A stretch of DNA of 58,240 bases from a virus. Taxonomy: Duplodnaviria; Heunggongvirae; Uroviricota; Caudoviricetes. The translations under genes and the position numbers were made by a program. This document shows, piece by piece, positions 19,703 through 29,122 of this stretch. The notes under the pieces were generated by a model, which did no database searches, had not been told where the DNA came from, and saw only the letters and a list, made by a program, of their open reading frames with translations. The number at the start of each line of letters is the position of its first letter. Within the stretch, counting starts at the first letter, position 1. The stretch is from IMG/VR virus record IMGVR_UViG_3300033075_001233, positions 64,001 to 122,240 of that record; one strand, 5' to 3'.

Positions 19703-20416
19703 TTATTTAGTTTTTCTATATTTAAAACTAATTATTTGTGAGATATATCCGGGGTCTAAATTATATTCTTTTGCTAAATTAACTTGGGAGTAATTTCCAG
19801 TATTATATTTATCTCTAATGTCACAAACATTTTTCCAAGATAGCTTACAAAAATAATGTTCTTCTCCTTGAATTTTCTTCCTAGTTCCATTATCATATCC
19901 TTCTTTTATTGCTTTTGAAGTTTTTTTCAAAACTTCTTCTGGAATCTTTTTACCTGTTAATTTTAAAGATATTTTGTCTCTAGTAACCTGATCTACAAAA
20001 TGTCCCGCAGATATTTTTAAGGCTTCGCTTATCTTTTTTCTAGTTTCATTAGAAACTTTTTTACCTAAATTTGCTTCTCTTAATTTTTGCTTGGAAAATT
20101 CATTCATAGCCCCATTATGACCCCCTCCTTTTACATTCATCATGCCAATACTTAATTCTTTATAACACTCAATATAAAAAATTTCATAATTATTTAAAAT
20201 TTCCTGAGAAACATCTGTGGGTAATTCATGAACTATTTCAAATATATGAGTTTCAATTTCATATTTTCTAAAAGAGTTATATAAAATCGGCGAAGATAGA
20301 CTCGTTTTGCTTTTATACCTATGTTTTATAAATCTTTGCTTTACATTTCTGCTCTGACCTATATAAACTTTACCTGTTGGAGAAGTTATTTTATATATTC
20401 CACAAATTTTAGACAT
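19703..20416 (-). CDS. GIY-YIG homing endonuclease with NUMOD3-like repeats
   Basis: CGIYKITSPTGKVYIGQS; SNETRKKISEA-type repeats. Confidence 0.9.
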   Translation of the reverse strand: MSKICGIYKITSPTGKVYIGQSRNVKQRFIKHRYKSKTSLSSPILYNSFRKYEIETHIFEIVHELPTDVSQEILNNYEIFYIECYKELSIGMMNVKGGGHNGAMNEFSKQKLREANLGKKVSNETRKKISEALKISAGHFVDQVTRDKISLKLTGKKIPEEVLKKTSKAIKEGYDNGTRKKIQGEEHYFCKLSWKNVCDIRDKYNTGNYSQVNLAKEYNLDPGYISQIISFKYRKTK

Positions 20417-20420
20417 ATTT

Positions 20421-20972
20421 TTATTTTTGAAATATCATTAAAGTATCACGAAAATATGAAGTATGATTATCTACATGTTCACGTATCTCTAAAGAATCGT
20501 CTACTAAAAATTTCATGCCTTTTTTTTGAAGTTGGTCTATTATATAAATATTGTGTTGACAATTTACATGTCCAATTCCCTCTTGTCCCCTTTTAGCCCA
20601 ACTAAGAATTAATTTATTTTGTGTATTATTTACTAAATTGTCTATAAATATATGCTCATATTTTTTATCAATATGTTCTCCTACTTCTAAACATAGGCTA
20701 TTCCCTATTGAATCTTTTATAAATGGAACAGTAAGGTCTTGCACAGTAATATTACTATACTCAAAAGCTGGAAAGTTTGTACCCTCCACCCCATATAATT
20801 GCTTAAATCCTATATCATGAAAATATTTTAAATATGTAGCTCTACCACAGCCAAAATCTATAAGAGACTCTTCTTTTGAGAGATAACTTCCTATAAATTT
20901 AGCTAATCTATAACTGAAATCGTGATAGGCTAACGCTTCATCTATTGTCCATATTCCTGTTTCTGTAGGCAT
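20421..20972 (-). CDS. SAM-dependent methyltransferase
   Basis: LIDFGCGRATY, GVEG, SLCLEVGEHI, GQEGIGHVN. Confidence 0.8.
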   Translation of the reverse strand: MPTETGIWTIDEALAYHDFSYRLAKFIGSYLSKEESLIDFGCGRATYLKYFHDIGFKQLYGVEGTNFPAFEYSNITVQDLTVPFIKDSIGNSLCLEVGEHIDKKYEHIFIDNLVNNTQNKLILSWAKRGQEGIGHVNCQHNIYIIDQLQKKGMKFLVDDSLEIREHVDNHTSYFRDTLMIFQK

Positions 20973-20973
20973 G

Positions 20974-21381
20974 TTATTCTTTATATTCTAAGTTATATTT
21001 ACTATAATGTTTATCCCAGAGTTCTTTATCTTTCTGTTTTTCATATTCTCTAATCAAAGCTCGTTCACGATCATAATCGAATAATTTATTAAGCATATCA
21101 CGAAGAGAATCTATTGTAAGATTAGTATTTACAGGCTTTTCTTTCATTTGTTCATATATACCTTTCGTTGATGATTTAAAATCAGGTTTAGGATACTTTT
21201 CTGCAAAATAAGCATCATGTACTTCTTGAGGGATAGATTTATATTTATGCTCCCAAGGAAACCATTCTGGATATTTATCAATAATTATACGTACTCTTTC
21301 CATTGTTTCTCTACCTACATATTTTACATAGTTATACACCATTACTTCCTGTACTTCAGTAGGAATCATAGAAGTTATCAT
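20974..21381 (-). CDS. Hypothetical protein
   Basis: Overlap-coupled ORF. Confidence 0.55.
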   Translation of the reverse strand: MITSMIPTEVQEVMVYNYVKYVGRETMERVRIIIDKYPEWFPWEHKYKSIPQEVHDAYFAEKYPKPDFKSSTKGIYEQMKEKPVNTNLTIDSLRDMLNKLFDYDRERALIREYEKQKDKELWDKHYSKYNLEYKE

Positions 21382-22028
21382 TTCTTTTCAATTACAATTA
21401 ATTCTTTATAAAAAGATATAGCTGCTATCATATCTTTATATTTCTCCAATCCTCCATAATTTTGCGTATTACTAATATGTTCAAAATTAAGAACATCAGT
21501 GAGACGCTTAAAAAAGTTCATTGTAGTGTTTATATAAGGATCACCATTATCATCACCTTGATATTCTTCACTATCCCAATAGCTTGTATGGACATCTTCT
21601 ACAATATAATATCCATTTTCGTTCAATAGAGGAAATAATATTTCAAAAGATCGTATAGTTTTTTGATTGTTATGACTAGCATCATCAATAATAATATCAA
21701 ATCCTGTTGCTGATTTATGTAACTTTTTAAGAAATTTTTCATCATTCTGATCACCTATATGTGTTTCTATTCTATTAGGAATGTTTAGAAATTCCTTTTT
21801 GTATATATCTACACCTATTATTTTTGCTTTTGGTAGATAATCAGCAAATGCCTTTAAATCACCACCACCCCTATCTTCATAATGGTATCCACCTACGCCT
21901 AATTCTAACAAAGTAAATTTATTATATTGTATAGGATTTAGTATCCTCTCATATATAGGAGTATAGTTGTGATGGTTACTCCCCTTATCGCTTTCGTATT
22001 TATTAAATAATTCGTCTAAAAAACTCAT
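21378..22028 (-). CDS. MycE/TylE-like sugar O-methyltransferase
   Basis: SDKG..HHNYTPIYE, LLELGVGGY, GDQND, IIIDDASH, YIVEDVHTSYW. Confidence 0.8.
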   Translation of the reverse strand: MSFLDELFNKYESDKGSNHHNYTPIYERILNPIQYNKFTLLELGVGGYHYEDRGGGDLKAFADYLPKAKIIGVDIYKKEFLNIPNRIETHIGDQNDEKFLKKLHKSATGFDIIIDDASHNNQKTIRSFEILFPLLNENGYYIVEDVHTSYWDSEEYQGDDNGDPYINTTMNFFKRLTDVLNFEHISNTQNYGGLEKYKDMIAAISFYKELIVIEKK

Positions 22029-22285
22029 GGTTTATAGTTTAATTGCAATCCATATTTTTTGAAATATTCATTAATTAGATTAAAATCATGCGTCCTTTTC
22101 CAGATACGTTTTAATCTACGGCAATGATTTACGGGATGTTCTTCCCATTCTCCTATAAGCTGTTGTTTCTTTTCATTAAAATGAGTTCCCGGCCAGTATT
22201 TATGAAATGCATAATACTCGTCAGGAGGAAGTTTATTACCTTCTTGTCTAATCCATTTAAAAATATCTTTATTTCCTATTGTCAT
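22025..22285 (-). CDS. Hypothetical protein
   Basis: ATGA-type overlaps with both neighbours. Confidence 0.55.
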   Translation of the reverse strand: MTIGNKDIFKWIRQEGNKLPPDEYYAFHKYWPGTHFNEKKQQLIGEWEEHPVNHCRRLKRIWKRTHDFNLINEYFKKYGLQLNYKP

Positions 22286-22659
22286 ACTAATATATTTTTA
22301 GCTTTTAAAATTGTTTCCACCTTATACCAATCTACAAATGGTTTTTTTCCTTCATTTACATAACTTAAAGGACAACCTAACGCATTATCATCTATGTATA
22401 AATTAGCATATACTTTTGGGCTACTTGTCCAACTTGATTGTTCGGGATTATTATTTATTCCAAATAATATTATGTCATTTTTAGTAAGGTAGTCAACAGC
22501 TTCTTGTAATTTTTCCCCTGAACGCATTGTATACAATATTAATTTACATCCTTGGGACTGTAATTTTTTCATAGTTTCCAATGCATTAGGTACTCTTGTT
22601 CCAATATTTGGATATTCGTGTGTTACTATAGTACCATCAAAATCTATAGCTATAATCAT
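22282..22659 (-). CDS. Small HAD-superfamily hydrolase
   Basis: IAIDFDGTI (motif I), LYTMR (motif II), K..ANLYIDD (motifs III/IV). Confidence 0.85.
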   Translation of the reverse strand: MIIAIDFDGTIVTHEYPNIGTRVPNALETMKKLQSQGCKLILYTMRSGEKLQEAVDYLTKNDIILFGINNNPEQSSWTSSPKVYANLYIDDNALGCPLSYVNEGKKPFVDWYKVETILKAKNILV

Positions 22660-23006
22660 AATTCTCCTTTTTCGTGTAAAGATAGTAATTTTTTATATTC
22701 AGCATATTGTTTCGGTGCTTTTTCTGGAAATTCTGAAAATTGGGTATGTGCATCAGGATGTACAATTTTAACATTCCATTCACAAAACTTATATTGGGGG
22801 TATTTAATTTTCTCTTTTGGTAATATATGGCTATATACAGTACTTAATCCTCTATACTTATCTCTGTATAATCTTTTTCCTGTCTCAAAACATACGACAA
22901 ATGTATTGCCAAAGTGATCCATTAATTCCCTACTATCCCATAGAGAAAAGAAAAAATCCCACATTTTTTCACTTTCAGCTTTTTTTTCTTCCTTTGTTTT
23001 CTTCAT
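22656..23006 (-). CDS. Degenerate HNH/NinG-like protein
   Basis: CFETG...SHILPK...N...HPDAH pattern. Confidence 0.45.
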   Translation of the reverse strand: MKKTKEEKKAESEKMWDFFFSLWDSRELMDHFGNTFVVCFETGKRLYRDKYRGLSTVYSHILPKEKIKYPQYKFCEWNVKIVHPDAHTQFSEFPEKAPKQYAEYKKLLSLHEKGEL

Positions 23007-23293
23007 TATACCCTTTTATAAATTTCCCTAAAATTCTTATTAAAGTAGTCAATCATATTATTTGTCACTTTTCTCCATCTCTTATACAAATGTGTACGTT
23101 TATCAGGTACATTTTCTGTATAATTTTCAATAAGTTCCATCAATTCACCAGCACTAATATCCTTCATAAATGTACCATTACCAATATATTGTGGTCCTAA
23201 TGGTTTGTCTTCTTGATTATCATATTCATCCAAATTTGGTTTTTTACTCATATTCTTCTTCATATATCTCAAGTTTTTTGTTGATATATTCAA
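23006..23293 (-). CDS. Hypothetical protein
   Basis: Coupled ORF; the true start may be a downstream Met. Confidence 0.5.
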   Translation of the reverse strand: MNISTKNLRYMKKNMSKKPNLDEYDNQEDKPLGPQYIGNGTFMKDISAGELMELIENYTENVPDKRTHLYKRWRKVTNNMIDYFNKNFREIYKRV

Positions 23294-23374
23294 GTTTCAT
23301 TTTTTGATTTTTAGTTATATCTACTATATCAGTATAAAAATCAAGAAGCCAAACTAAATGTATGTAATATTGCA

Positions 23375-23749
23375 TTATTTTATTGTAGTGATTACACCAT
23401 TTTTAATTGTACATGTATGTTCTCCAATTCCAATTGGAAATTCTGCATTTCCAAGCACTTTCCACATTCTAATAAGTTCATCAGTGATTACTTTATTCTC
23501 AATATCATTTACATCTATAAGTTCAACTCTTTCTAAAAATCTTAATTTAGCATGTTCACTTAATACAAGTTTATCTTTTGTCATATCAGCTATCTGAGCT
23601 TTTAAACTATTTACATTTCTACTATGTTTTTTTATAGTTTCAACGATTTCACATCGTTGTTTTTCTAGCACTCCCAATTCAGCTTTCTCCTTTTCAAGCC
23701 TTGAATATAACGATTTTAACGTTACTTCAGATTTTATAGATTTATCCAT
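23375..23749 (-). CDS. Coiled-coil protein with a C-terminal LSEHAKLRFLER domain
   Basis: Heptad-rich N-terminus; C-terminus resembles small RelE/DUF4258-like folds (weak). Confidence 0.5.
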   Translation of the reverse strand: MDKSIKSEVTLKSLYSRLEKEKAELGVLEKQRCEIVETIKKHSRNVNSLKAQIADMTKDKLVLSEHAKLRFLERVELIDVNDIENKVITDELIRMWKVLGNAEFPIGIGEHTCTIKNGVITTIK

Positions 23750-23755
23750 AATTCA

Positions 23756-24805
23756 TTAGTCATTTATTTCAATATTTTTTGTTTTAATGTATTCTTTTAC
23801 TTTTCCTTCAAGTTCTACTAAATATTCAGGATTATCTTTTAAAAACTGTTTCACACCATCTTCACCTTGAAGTTTTGTTTCACCCACTGTATACCAAGCA
23901 CCACCTTTTGTGATTTCTCCCATTTCAAGAGCCAAATCGATTATTTCCTGAACCCTTTGAATTCCTTTACCAAATTCTACATAGTATTCAAATGTCTTAT
24001 AAGGAATACCGATTTTAGATTTTGTAATTTTACCTTTTACATGTATTCCATATGCGCCATTTGCATCCTTATCTACACTTTTACTTATTTCAATTTTAAG
24101 AGATTGTAAATATTTCCAAGCCTCTCCACCGGGTTCTGTAAGAGGTACATACCCACCCGGATTCATTCTATACTGATTAAGATATACAAACCCACTAGTA
24201 CTGGCACTCAATGCCCCATTTACAGCCCTATACGCTTTAGCCATCATAGATGCTACGCCTGCAAGTCTACCACCTGAAATACCATTTGCTATCTCTACAG
24301 CAGGGATTAGTGCAGCCACGCTATCCATTACCACCACACCATACAAATTACTTTGTAACACTTTACATAAAAATTCAAGCCATTCTTCACCAGATAATAA
24401 CTCCCTATCTTTAATTCCTAAATGTTTCAGAAGTGATTCTCTATCAACAAGATGTAATTTTGATAAATCTACACCAATTGATTGAGCGTATTCTAAATCA
24501 ATAGTTCCTTCTACATCAAGAAAAGCACATAAATTTCCTTTTCTTTGTTCTTCAGCGATTATATGCAAAGCCAATGTAGTTTTACTACTACTTTCCTTGC
24601 CTATAATACAGGTACATTTACCACCTTTTGGAATACCATTCCCACCAGTAGCAGCGTCTAATGTAAGACTACCCGTACTACACCATTCTTTCACTTCATC
24701 CACCTGTCTTTCAGATGCTCTAATCATTACACCTTTTCCAAAAAGTTCTTCAAATTTCTTGAAAGTTTCATCAACTTGAGATTCATCTAGTTTCTTTTTT
24801 GCCAT
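23756..24805 (-). CDS. recA: RecA/UvsX-like recombinase
   Basis: STGSLTLDAATG.GIPKG, GKESSSKTT P-loop, AFLDVEG, VVMDSVAAL, NQYR, PGG, KSKIGIPYK, GGAWY. Confidence 0.95.
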   Translation of the reverse strand: MAKKKLDESQVDETFKKFEELFGKGVMIRASERQVDEVKEWCSTGSLTLDAATGGNGIPKGGKCTCIIGKESSSKTTLALHIIAEEQRKGNLCAFLDVEGTIDLEYAQSIGVDLSKLHLVDRESLLKHLGIKDRELLSGEEWLEFLCKVLQSNLYGVVVMDSVAALIPAVEIANGISGGRLAGVASMMAKAYRAVNGALSASTSGFVYLNQYRMNPGGYVPLTEPGGEAWKYLQSLKIEISKSVDKDANGAYGIHVKGKITKSKIGIPYKTFEYYVEFGKGIQRVQEIIDLALEMGEITKGGAWYTVGETKLQGEDGVKQFLKDNPEYLVELEGKVKEYIKTKNIEIND

Positions 24806-24817
24806 ATGTTTTTATTT

Positions 24818-24825
24818 CAAAGATA
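24818..24825 (-). promoter_or_regulatory. -7 element TATCTTTG upstream of recA
   Basis: Exact TAnnTTTG 13 nt before the ATG. Confidence 0.6.
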
Positions 24826-24852
24826 AGAAATATCTCTGAAATAAAAAAATTA

Positions 24853-24880
24853 AAGTCCCCCTATAGAAATAGGAGGACTA
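24853..24880 (-). terminator. Intrinsic terminator
   Basis: AGTCCTCCTAT-TTCT-ATAGGGGGACT followed by a T-rich tract on the - strand. Confidence 0.7.
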
Positions 24881-24921
24881 TTATCAGATTGTAATCAGGA
24901 TTAAAACCCAAAAAGACATCC

Positions 24922-25437
24922 TTAAAATGTCTCGTTTTTAGTTTTATGTTGTTCTGATAATTCGTTTATATGTTTTAAAAATCTCTTATATAATTCTCTA
25001 TTATCAGGATTAGTTGCAAAACTCCTTGTAAATGAGAGTCTTACATTTGATGCATAACTTCTATTTGTAGTACCCACATATTCAGCGAGTAGCACTCCAG
25101 TTATTCCACTCTCCATACCATATTTGATAAAAAGACTTCGTGATATATTATAATCATTTGTCTTTTTATCCACACTATTTTTTACATCAAATCCTGTAAA
25201 ACAAGCCACTGCATTAGCAATAGCTATCGTTTGAATTCGTCTTTTGTCAATATCAACCATTTTTCTCCTCCAAAGGTCTAACCTATTGTTTATAGTTTTA
25301 ACTGCCTTTTTATATTCTTCTGGTGCTTTTTTTCGTTCTTCTACACCATATTTAAGTCTTAACTGTTCTCTTCTTTTAACGTATGTCCATATTTTCGATT
25401 GAATTTCATTTTTGTTTTCCCATTTATATACTTTCAC
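24922..25437 (-). CDS. Hypothetical basic protein
   Basis: The GTG start overlaps the stop of the spliced upstream gene (GTGA). Confidence 0.6.
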   Translation of the reverse strand: MKVYKWENKNEIQSKIWTYVKRREQLRLKYGVEERKKAPEEYKKAVKTINNRLDLWRRKMVDIDKRRIQTIAIANAVACFTGFDVKNSVDKKTNDYNISRSLFIKYGMESGITGVLLAEYVGTTNRSYASNVRLSFTRSFATNPDNRELYKRFLKHINELSEQHKTKNETF

Positions 25438-26499
25438 ACAATTTCTTTTAAAGATTTAATTCTTTTAAAACCAACATCATAACGTTGATTGTGAGGAGCA
25501 TCAAATAAAAATGTACAAATTCCAGCATTATTTAATTCTACAAAATTTTCATATCTCTAAGTTGTTATCATAAAAGCTCTTTATCTTTTATTTCTATAGT
25601 TTTTTATATTTCTATAGTCCAGACTATATCTTCGTCCTTATTAAGGCGTTCTCCCGCTTTCTTGGAGGATTTTATAGCATTTTACAGCATCACCTCTAGT
25701 CGTTAGGCATTTACAAATATTTCTACTTGATTTAGCACGAGATTGTCCATTTCACTATGGAGTTTCCCCGTTTAACGGAATTTTAAGATGACAGATTATG
25801 AAGTTTATATTTCATACATTTTTTATCATCTACAAATATCTCTATTCCACTTTTTCTAGCTACATCAATTTTACTCTCTCCAAAACCAACACTATATACA
25901 GGCATTGTAGGAAATCCATTTTTATCAAGCCATTCTTCTGTCCATTCTTTAGGAATACTACGAGAAGTAATATAACAATGTGGTTCAAAATTAATTTCAG
26001 ATGGGGGCGTTTTTACAGGAATAGAAAGCCAAAATTCCTTATCTTCAGCCAGAAGTTTAAATTTATCTCCTATATGACGATCAAAATTCCAAGTTTCAGG
26101 TACTTCCTGACCATGATGTTTTGTCCAATGTCCCACCCAATCTGCAAGCACTTCATCTATATCAAGTCCTATTTTAGGACGATTTAAATATCTATGTGCT
26201 CTATCATCCCCTTGAGGATATATTTTATAATATGCTGTTAAAAAATGAACATTACAGGCTAAATGAGCAGCATGTAATTCTCCAGATTCAGCATCAAAAT
26301 CTTCACCTTTTTCAATAGCAGCAAGATGGCGTTTAAGTGATGATATTACATTACTCCATACCATTCCTTTTTCCCAATTTCTAGGAGCATATTTTTCAGC
26401 ACCTTTGGTAATTACTTTAACCATTTGTTCATGTGCCCAAGGATGTACTAAATCGTACCTCAGCTTACCTTCATTATATCTTAATCCTTCTCCACTCAT
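25434..26499 (-). CDS. Spliced gene (exons 26499-25825 and 25556-25434): dATP/dGTP diphosphohydrolase-like domain fused to a HAD 5'(3')-nucleotidase domain, 265 aa
   Basis: GKLRYDLV...KGAEKYAPRNWEKG...HLACN N-domain; IGLDIDEVLADW HAD motif I. Removing the intron restores IFVDD-RYENFVELNNAGICTFLFDAPHN, the expected HAD C-terminus. Confidence 0.85.
25557..25824 (-). mobile_element. Group I intron, 268 nt, no internal ORF
   Basis: 5' exon ends in U and the intron ends in G. IGS GUCAUC (25792-25787) pairs with exon GAUGAU with a U.G wobble at the splice site; adjacent AUCU pairs with 3' exon AGAU (P10). Core-like AAUUCCGUUAAACGGGGAA, AAUCUCGUGCUAAA, CCUAACGACUAG and AAGAUAUAGUCU are present. Splicing is in frame. 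Confidence 0.92.
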
Positions 26500-26879
26500 C
26501 GTTGACCATTTAATTCTAAATATTTTCTTGTTTCAGCTACACTAAGTTCATGACTAGGTAGGATGGTAGGTAATTCAAATACTATTTTACCTTGATTTTC
26601 AGCGTATTGTATTTCTTTCCATACACCTGCTGGTATTTTACCATCAACATGTCTTCTAAATGCAAATATATCGCATTCTCCAATTAAATAGTCAAAAAAT
26701 AGCATATATTCTTTATCTTGAAAATCCGCTTGCCATTTTCTAAATTGTTCTTGTATATGTTTATCGCTAGGATTTAACACTATATATCCTAATAATTCTA
26801 ATGTTTCTATATCTCTCTCTTCTTGAGCAGTTCCATATAGATGCATTGAGTGTGCGTAATATACTTTTTTTCTATCCAT
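26496..26879 (-). CDS. Nucleoside 2-deoxyribosyltransferase-like protein
   Basis: KVYYAHS...GYIVLNP...CDIFAF...AGVWKEIQYA..QGK.V matches the NDT/Rcl-like fold including the catalytic-position Glu. Confidence 0.7.
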   Translation of the reverse strand: MDRKKVYYAHSMHLYGTAQEERDIETLELLGYIVLNPSDKHIQEQFRKWQADFQDKEYMLFFDYLIGECDIFAFRRHVDGKIPAGVWKEIQYAENQGKIVFELPTILPSHELSVAETRKYLELNGQR

Positions 26880-26882
26880 AAT

Positions 26883-27260
26883 TTATTGTTTTTCAAGTAT
26901 TTCAAATGCTTTTTTAAATCCTTCTATTTCACACATTATTCTACTACTAGCAAGAGCAGCGTTATCATTATAAGTTTCATCAGCAGTACGAATCTGCCAA
27001 GACCATCCATGCATTTCATCAGGCCCATCTAAAAGTACTATAATATATTGTTTATCAAAAAATTCATATAACTGTCTGAAATTGAATAATATACTACCAT
27101 ATATAAGATCATCTGTTAATTCAGGAAGATCGGCTTGTGTATACCCCTCTCCTTGTTGTAACAATGTTCTTCCATAATTTACCAATTGTTCTCTAGTAAA
27201 TTCTTCCAATTTCTTATACGAATTGGGATATTCTTTTTTTATTAATTTTATATCAATCAT
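26883..27260 (-). CDS. Hypothetical protein
   Basis: ORF packing. Confidence 0.6.
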   Translation of the reverse strand: MIDIKLIKKEYPNSYKKLEEFTREQLVNYGRTLLQQGEGYTQADLPELTDDLIYGSILFNFRQLYEFFDKQYIIVLLDGPDEMHGWSWQIRTADETYNDNAALASSRIMCEIEGFKKAFEILEKQ

Positions 27261-27469
27261 GCGTCAAATGTCTTTTTTATTGATTTTGAAAATTCATCTA
27301 ACATTTCTATCTCCATCACTTCTAATAATCTCTTTACTTTCTCTTTATCTATAATACCAGATGGTTTACTGCTATCTTTATATACAAGTTCTATCTGGTC
27401 TAATTTATCTAACGCTTTTTGTAACGGACTTTTTTCCATTTCCTGTAGTTTTAATTTTTTCAATATCAA
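27257..27469 (-). CDS. Hypothetical protein
   Basis: Short ORF overlapping the upstream gene; the start is probably MEKSP. Confidence 0.45.
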   Translation of the reverse strand: MILKKLKLQEMEKSPLQKALDKLDQIELVYKDSSKPSGIIDKEKVKRLLEVMEIEMLDEFSKSIKKTFDA

Positions 27470-27992
27470 GAGTTTCTTTATCCATATCTGGAATGCTCCA
27501 GAGTTCTGCGTCTTTATCTAATTCAACATCAAGAAATAACTCTATCTCTTTTCTAAATTTCTCATTTTGAGAAAACACATCCCACTGAAAAGTAGGAATG
27601 TGTTTCATATATACTTTTACGGTTTTATCATAGCAACCTTTAATAAATTTGGAAAGTTTTGAATATTTACCTTGTTTAAATAATTCAAAATCCTTTTGTA
27701 AGTGGTCTGGTATTTTGTATATTAATACAACATATCCACCAGCATAATCATAATCCTCTTTAAAGTGGATATTTTCAAATTCCTGAGCGTTTAAAAATTG
27801 CTCAAATTGTTCAAAATCATGAGGTTTAAATAATATATACATATTATCTCCCCCATCTTCTTCTCTTAGTTTATCTTTAAGGTATGAATTAATTAATCCA
27901 TATTCGTTTTCAAGGTACGAGAAGTTCGATCCTGTTATAGGTTTTAGCAGAAATAGTGTACTGCAATTATGTTTAAAAAGTTCGTCGATCAT
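27405..27992 (-). CDS. Hypothetical protein
   Basis: ORF coupled to the exonuclease gene (TAATG). Confidence 0.6.
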   Translation of the reverse strand: MIDELFKHNCSTLFLLKPITGSNFSYLENEYGLINSYLKDKLREEDGGDNMYILFKPHDFEQFEQFLNAQEFENIHFKEDYDYAGGYVVLIYKIPDHLQKDFELFKQGKYSKLSKFIKGCYDKTVKVYMKHIPTFQWDVFSQNEKFRKEIELFLDVELDKDAELWSIPDMDKETLDIEKIKTTGNGKKSVTKSVR

Positions 27993-29122
27993 TAATTATA
28001 GTTTTCTAAAGCTATTATACCATTTTGTTCGTATGCCTTTTTACTGATATTCCAAATTTTACTTTCATTAGCCCATATAATATTATCAACTAATTCTTTT
28101 ATACCTCTAAATTTAGAAGAATTTATTGAAAATCCTTCCCAAGCATCATTAAGATGTTGATCGTTTAGTTTATAAATTAATGGTCTTCTGTTATTTTTAG
28201 AAGTATCTGCTGATATAAATTGATACGGTTCTAATTTATAATCGCTCAGTCCGTTGTTCATCATAAATGATGTAGCACCAACACTATACCAACCTCCCTG
28301 AATATAATATCTATTTTTTATATAATTAAATGGAAATAATGTATTATCATATGTTGATTTTAAATCATATGGGAATACAGATTTCTTATTATGATCTACA
28401 ATTAATAAATCTATTTCACATTTTCCTTTAATACTACCATTTTCACCTTTATACACAAAATCTATTGGAAATTTTGGTAATTTTTCAATTCCATCCACTT
28501 CATTCGTTAAATCTAATAATGATTTTGTAAAATCATCTTGAAGAAGGTATGATGAAATTTCTAGTGCTCTAAGTTTAAGTCCTTCACTTACAACAAGTTT
28601 GCCTATATTATCCATTTTGGATTTAAAATATTCAGCAGGACTCATTCCTGACTTATTTTTAGTATTAAAATCTTCTATCGCCCATTCTACAGTTTTACCT
28701 TTATATTTACCAGCTCTTTGAATATTTTCAAAGGCTTCTCTAAACCTAGGTTCAAATTCTTCTGTTACTTCTCCACTTACTATTGATCTCTTTGTTATCT
28801 TAAAGAGTTCATCAGCCAGCATGAATCCTTGCGCACTAGAAGAAGGTTCTCCTGTTAAAAGAGCATATCTATCACTAAATATTTGCTCAAATTCTGTAGC
28901 GTCTCCCTTAGCTGTAAGGAGTATATCATCAATTAAATTACCTAACAATGAGGAACTTGTATCCTCATCATCTTTTGGAAGTCCTAATATGAATTCTTCA
29001 TAGAATTTTACAGGACTTTTATCAAAAGTAACAATGCTACTATAATTTAATGCCTCGATTTTACGATATTCTACATCAGGTGTAGCTATTCTTTCACGCT
29101 TTAATTCCCCTTGTGCTCCCAT
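27992..29122 (-). CDS. PD-(D/E)XK exonuclease (RecE/ExoVIII-like)
   Basis: LNYSSI, LLGNLID..L, KCEIDLL...YDLKST, YYIQGGWY. Likely ATG at 29122. Confidence 0.8.
   Translation of the reverse strand: MGAQGELKRERIATPDVEYRKIEALNYSSIVTFDKSPVKFYEEFILGLPKDDEDTSSSLLGNLIDDILLTAKGDATEFEQIFSDRYALLTGEPSSSAQGFMLADELFKITKRSIVSGEVTEEFEPRFREAFENIQRAGKYKGKTVEWAIEDFNTKNKSGMSPAEYFKSKMDNIGKLVVSEGLKLRALEISSYLLQDDFTKSLLDLTNEVDGIEKLPKFPIDFVYKGENGSIKGKCEIDLLIVDHNKKSVFPYDLKSTYDNTLFPFNYIKNRYYIQGGWYSVGATSFMMNNGLSDYKLEPYQFISADTSKNNRRPLIYKLNDQHLNDAWEGFSINSSKFRGIKELVDNIIWANESKIWNISKKAYEQNGIIALENYN

Noticed and set aside
25783-25824. ORF-track C-terminus KKCMKYKLHNLSS
   Set aside because: Read-through into the intron; the real C-terminus is in exon 2.
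25434-26879. 2-aminoadenine (Z) genome system
   Set aside because: No PurZ or DatZ-like HD phosphohydrolase is recognisable in the window.
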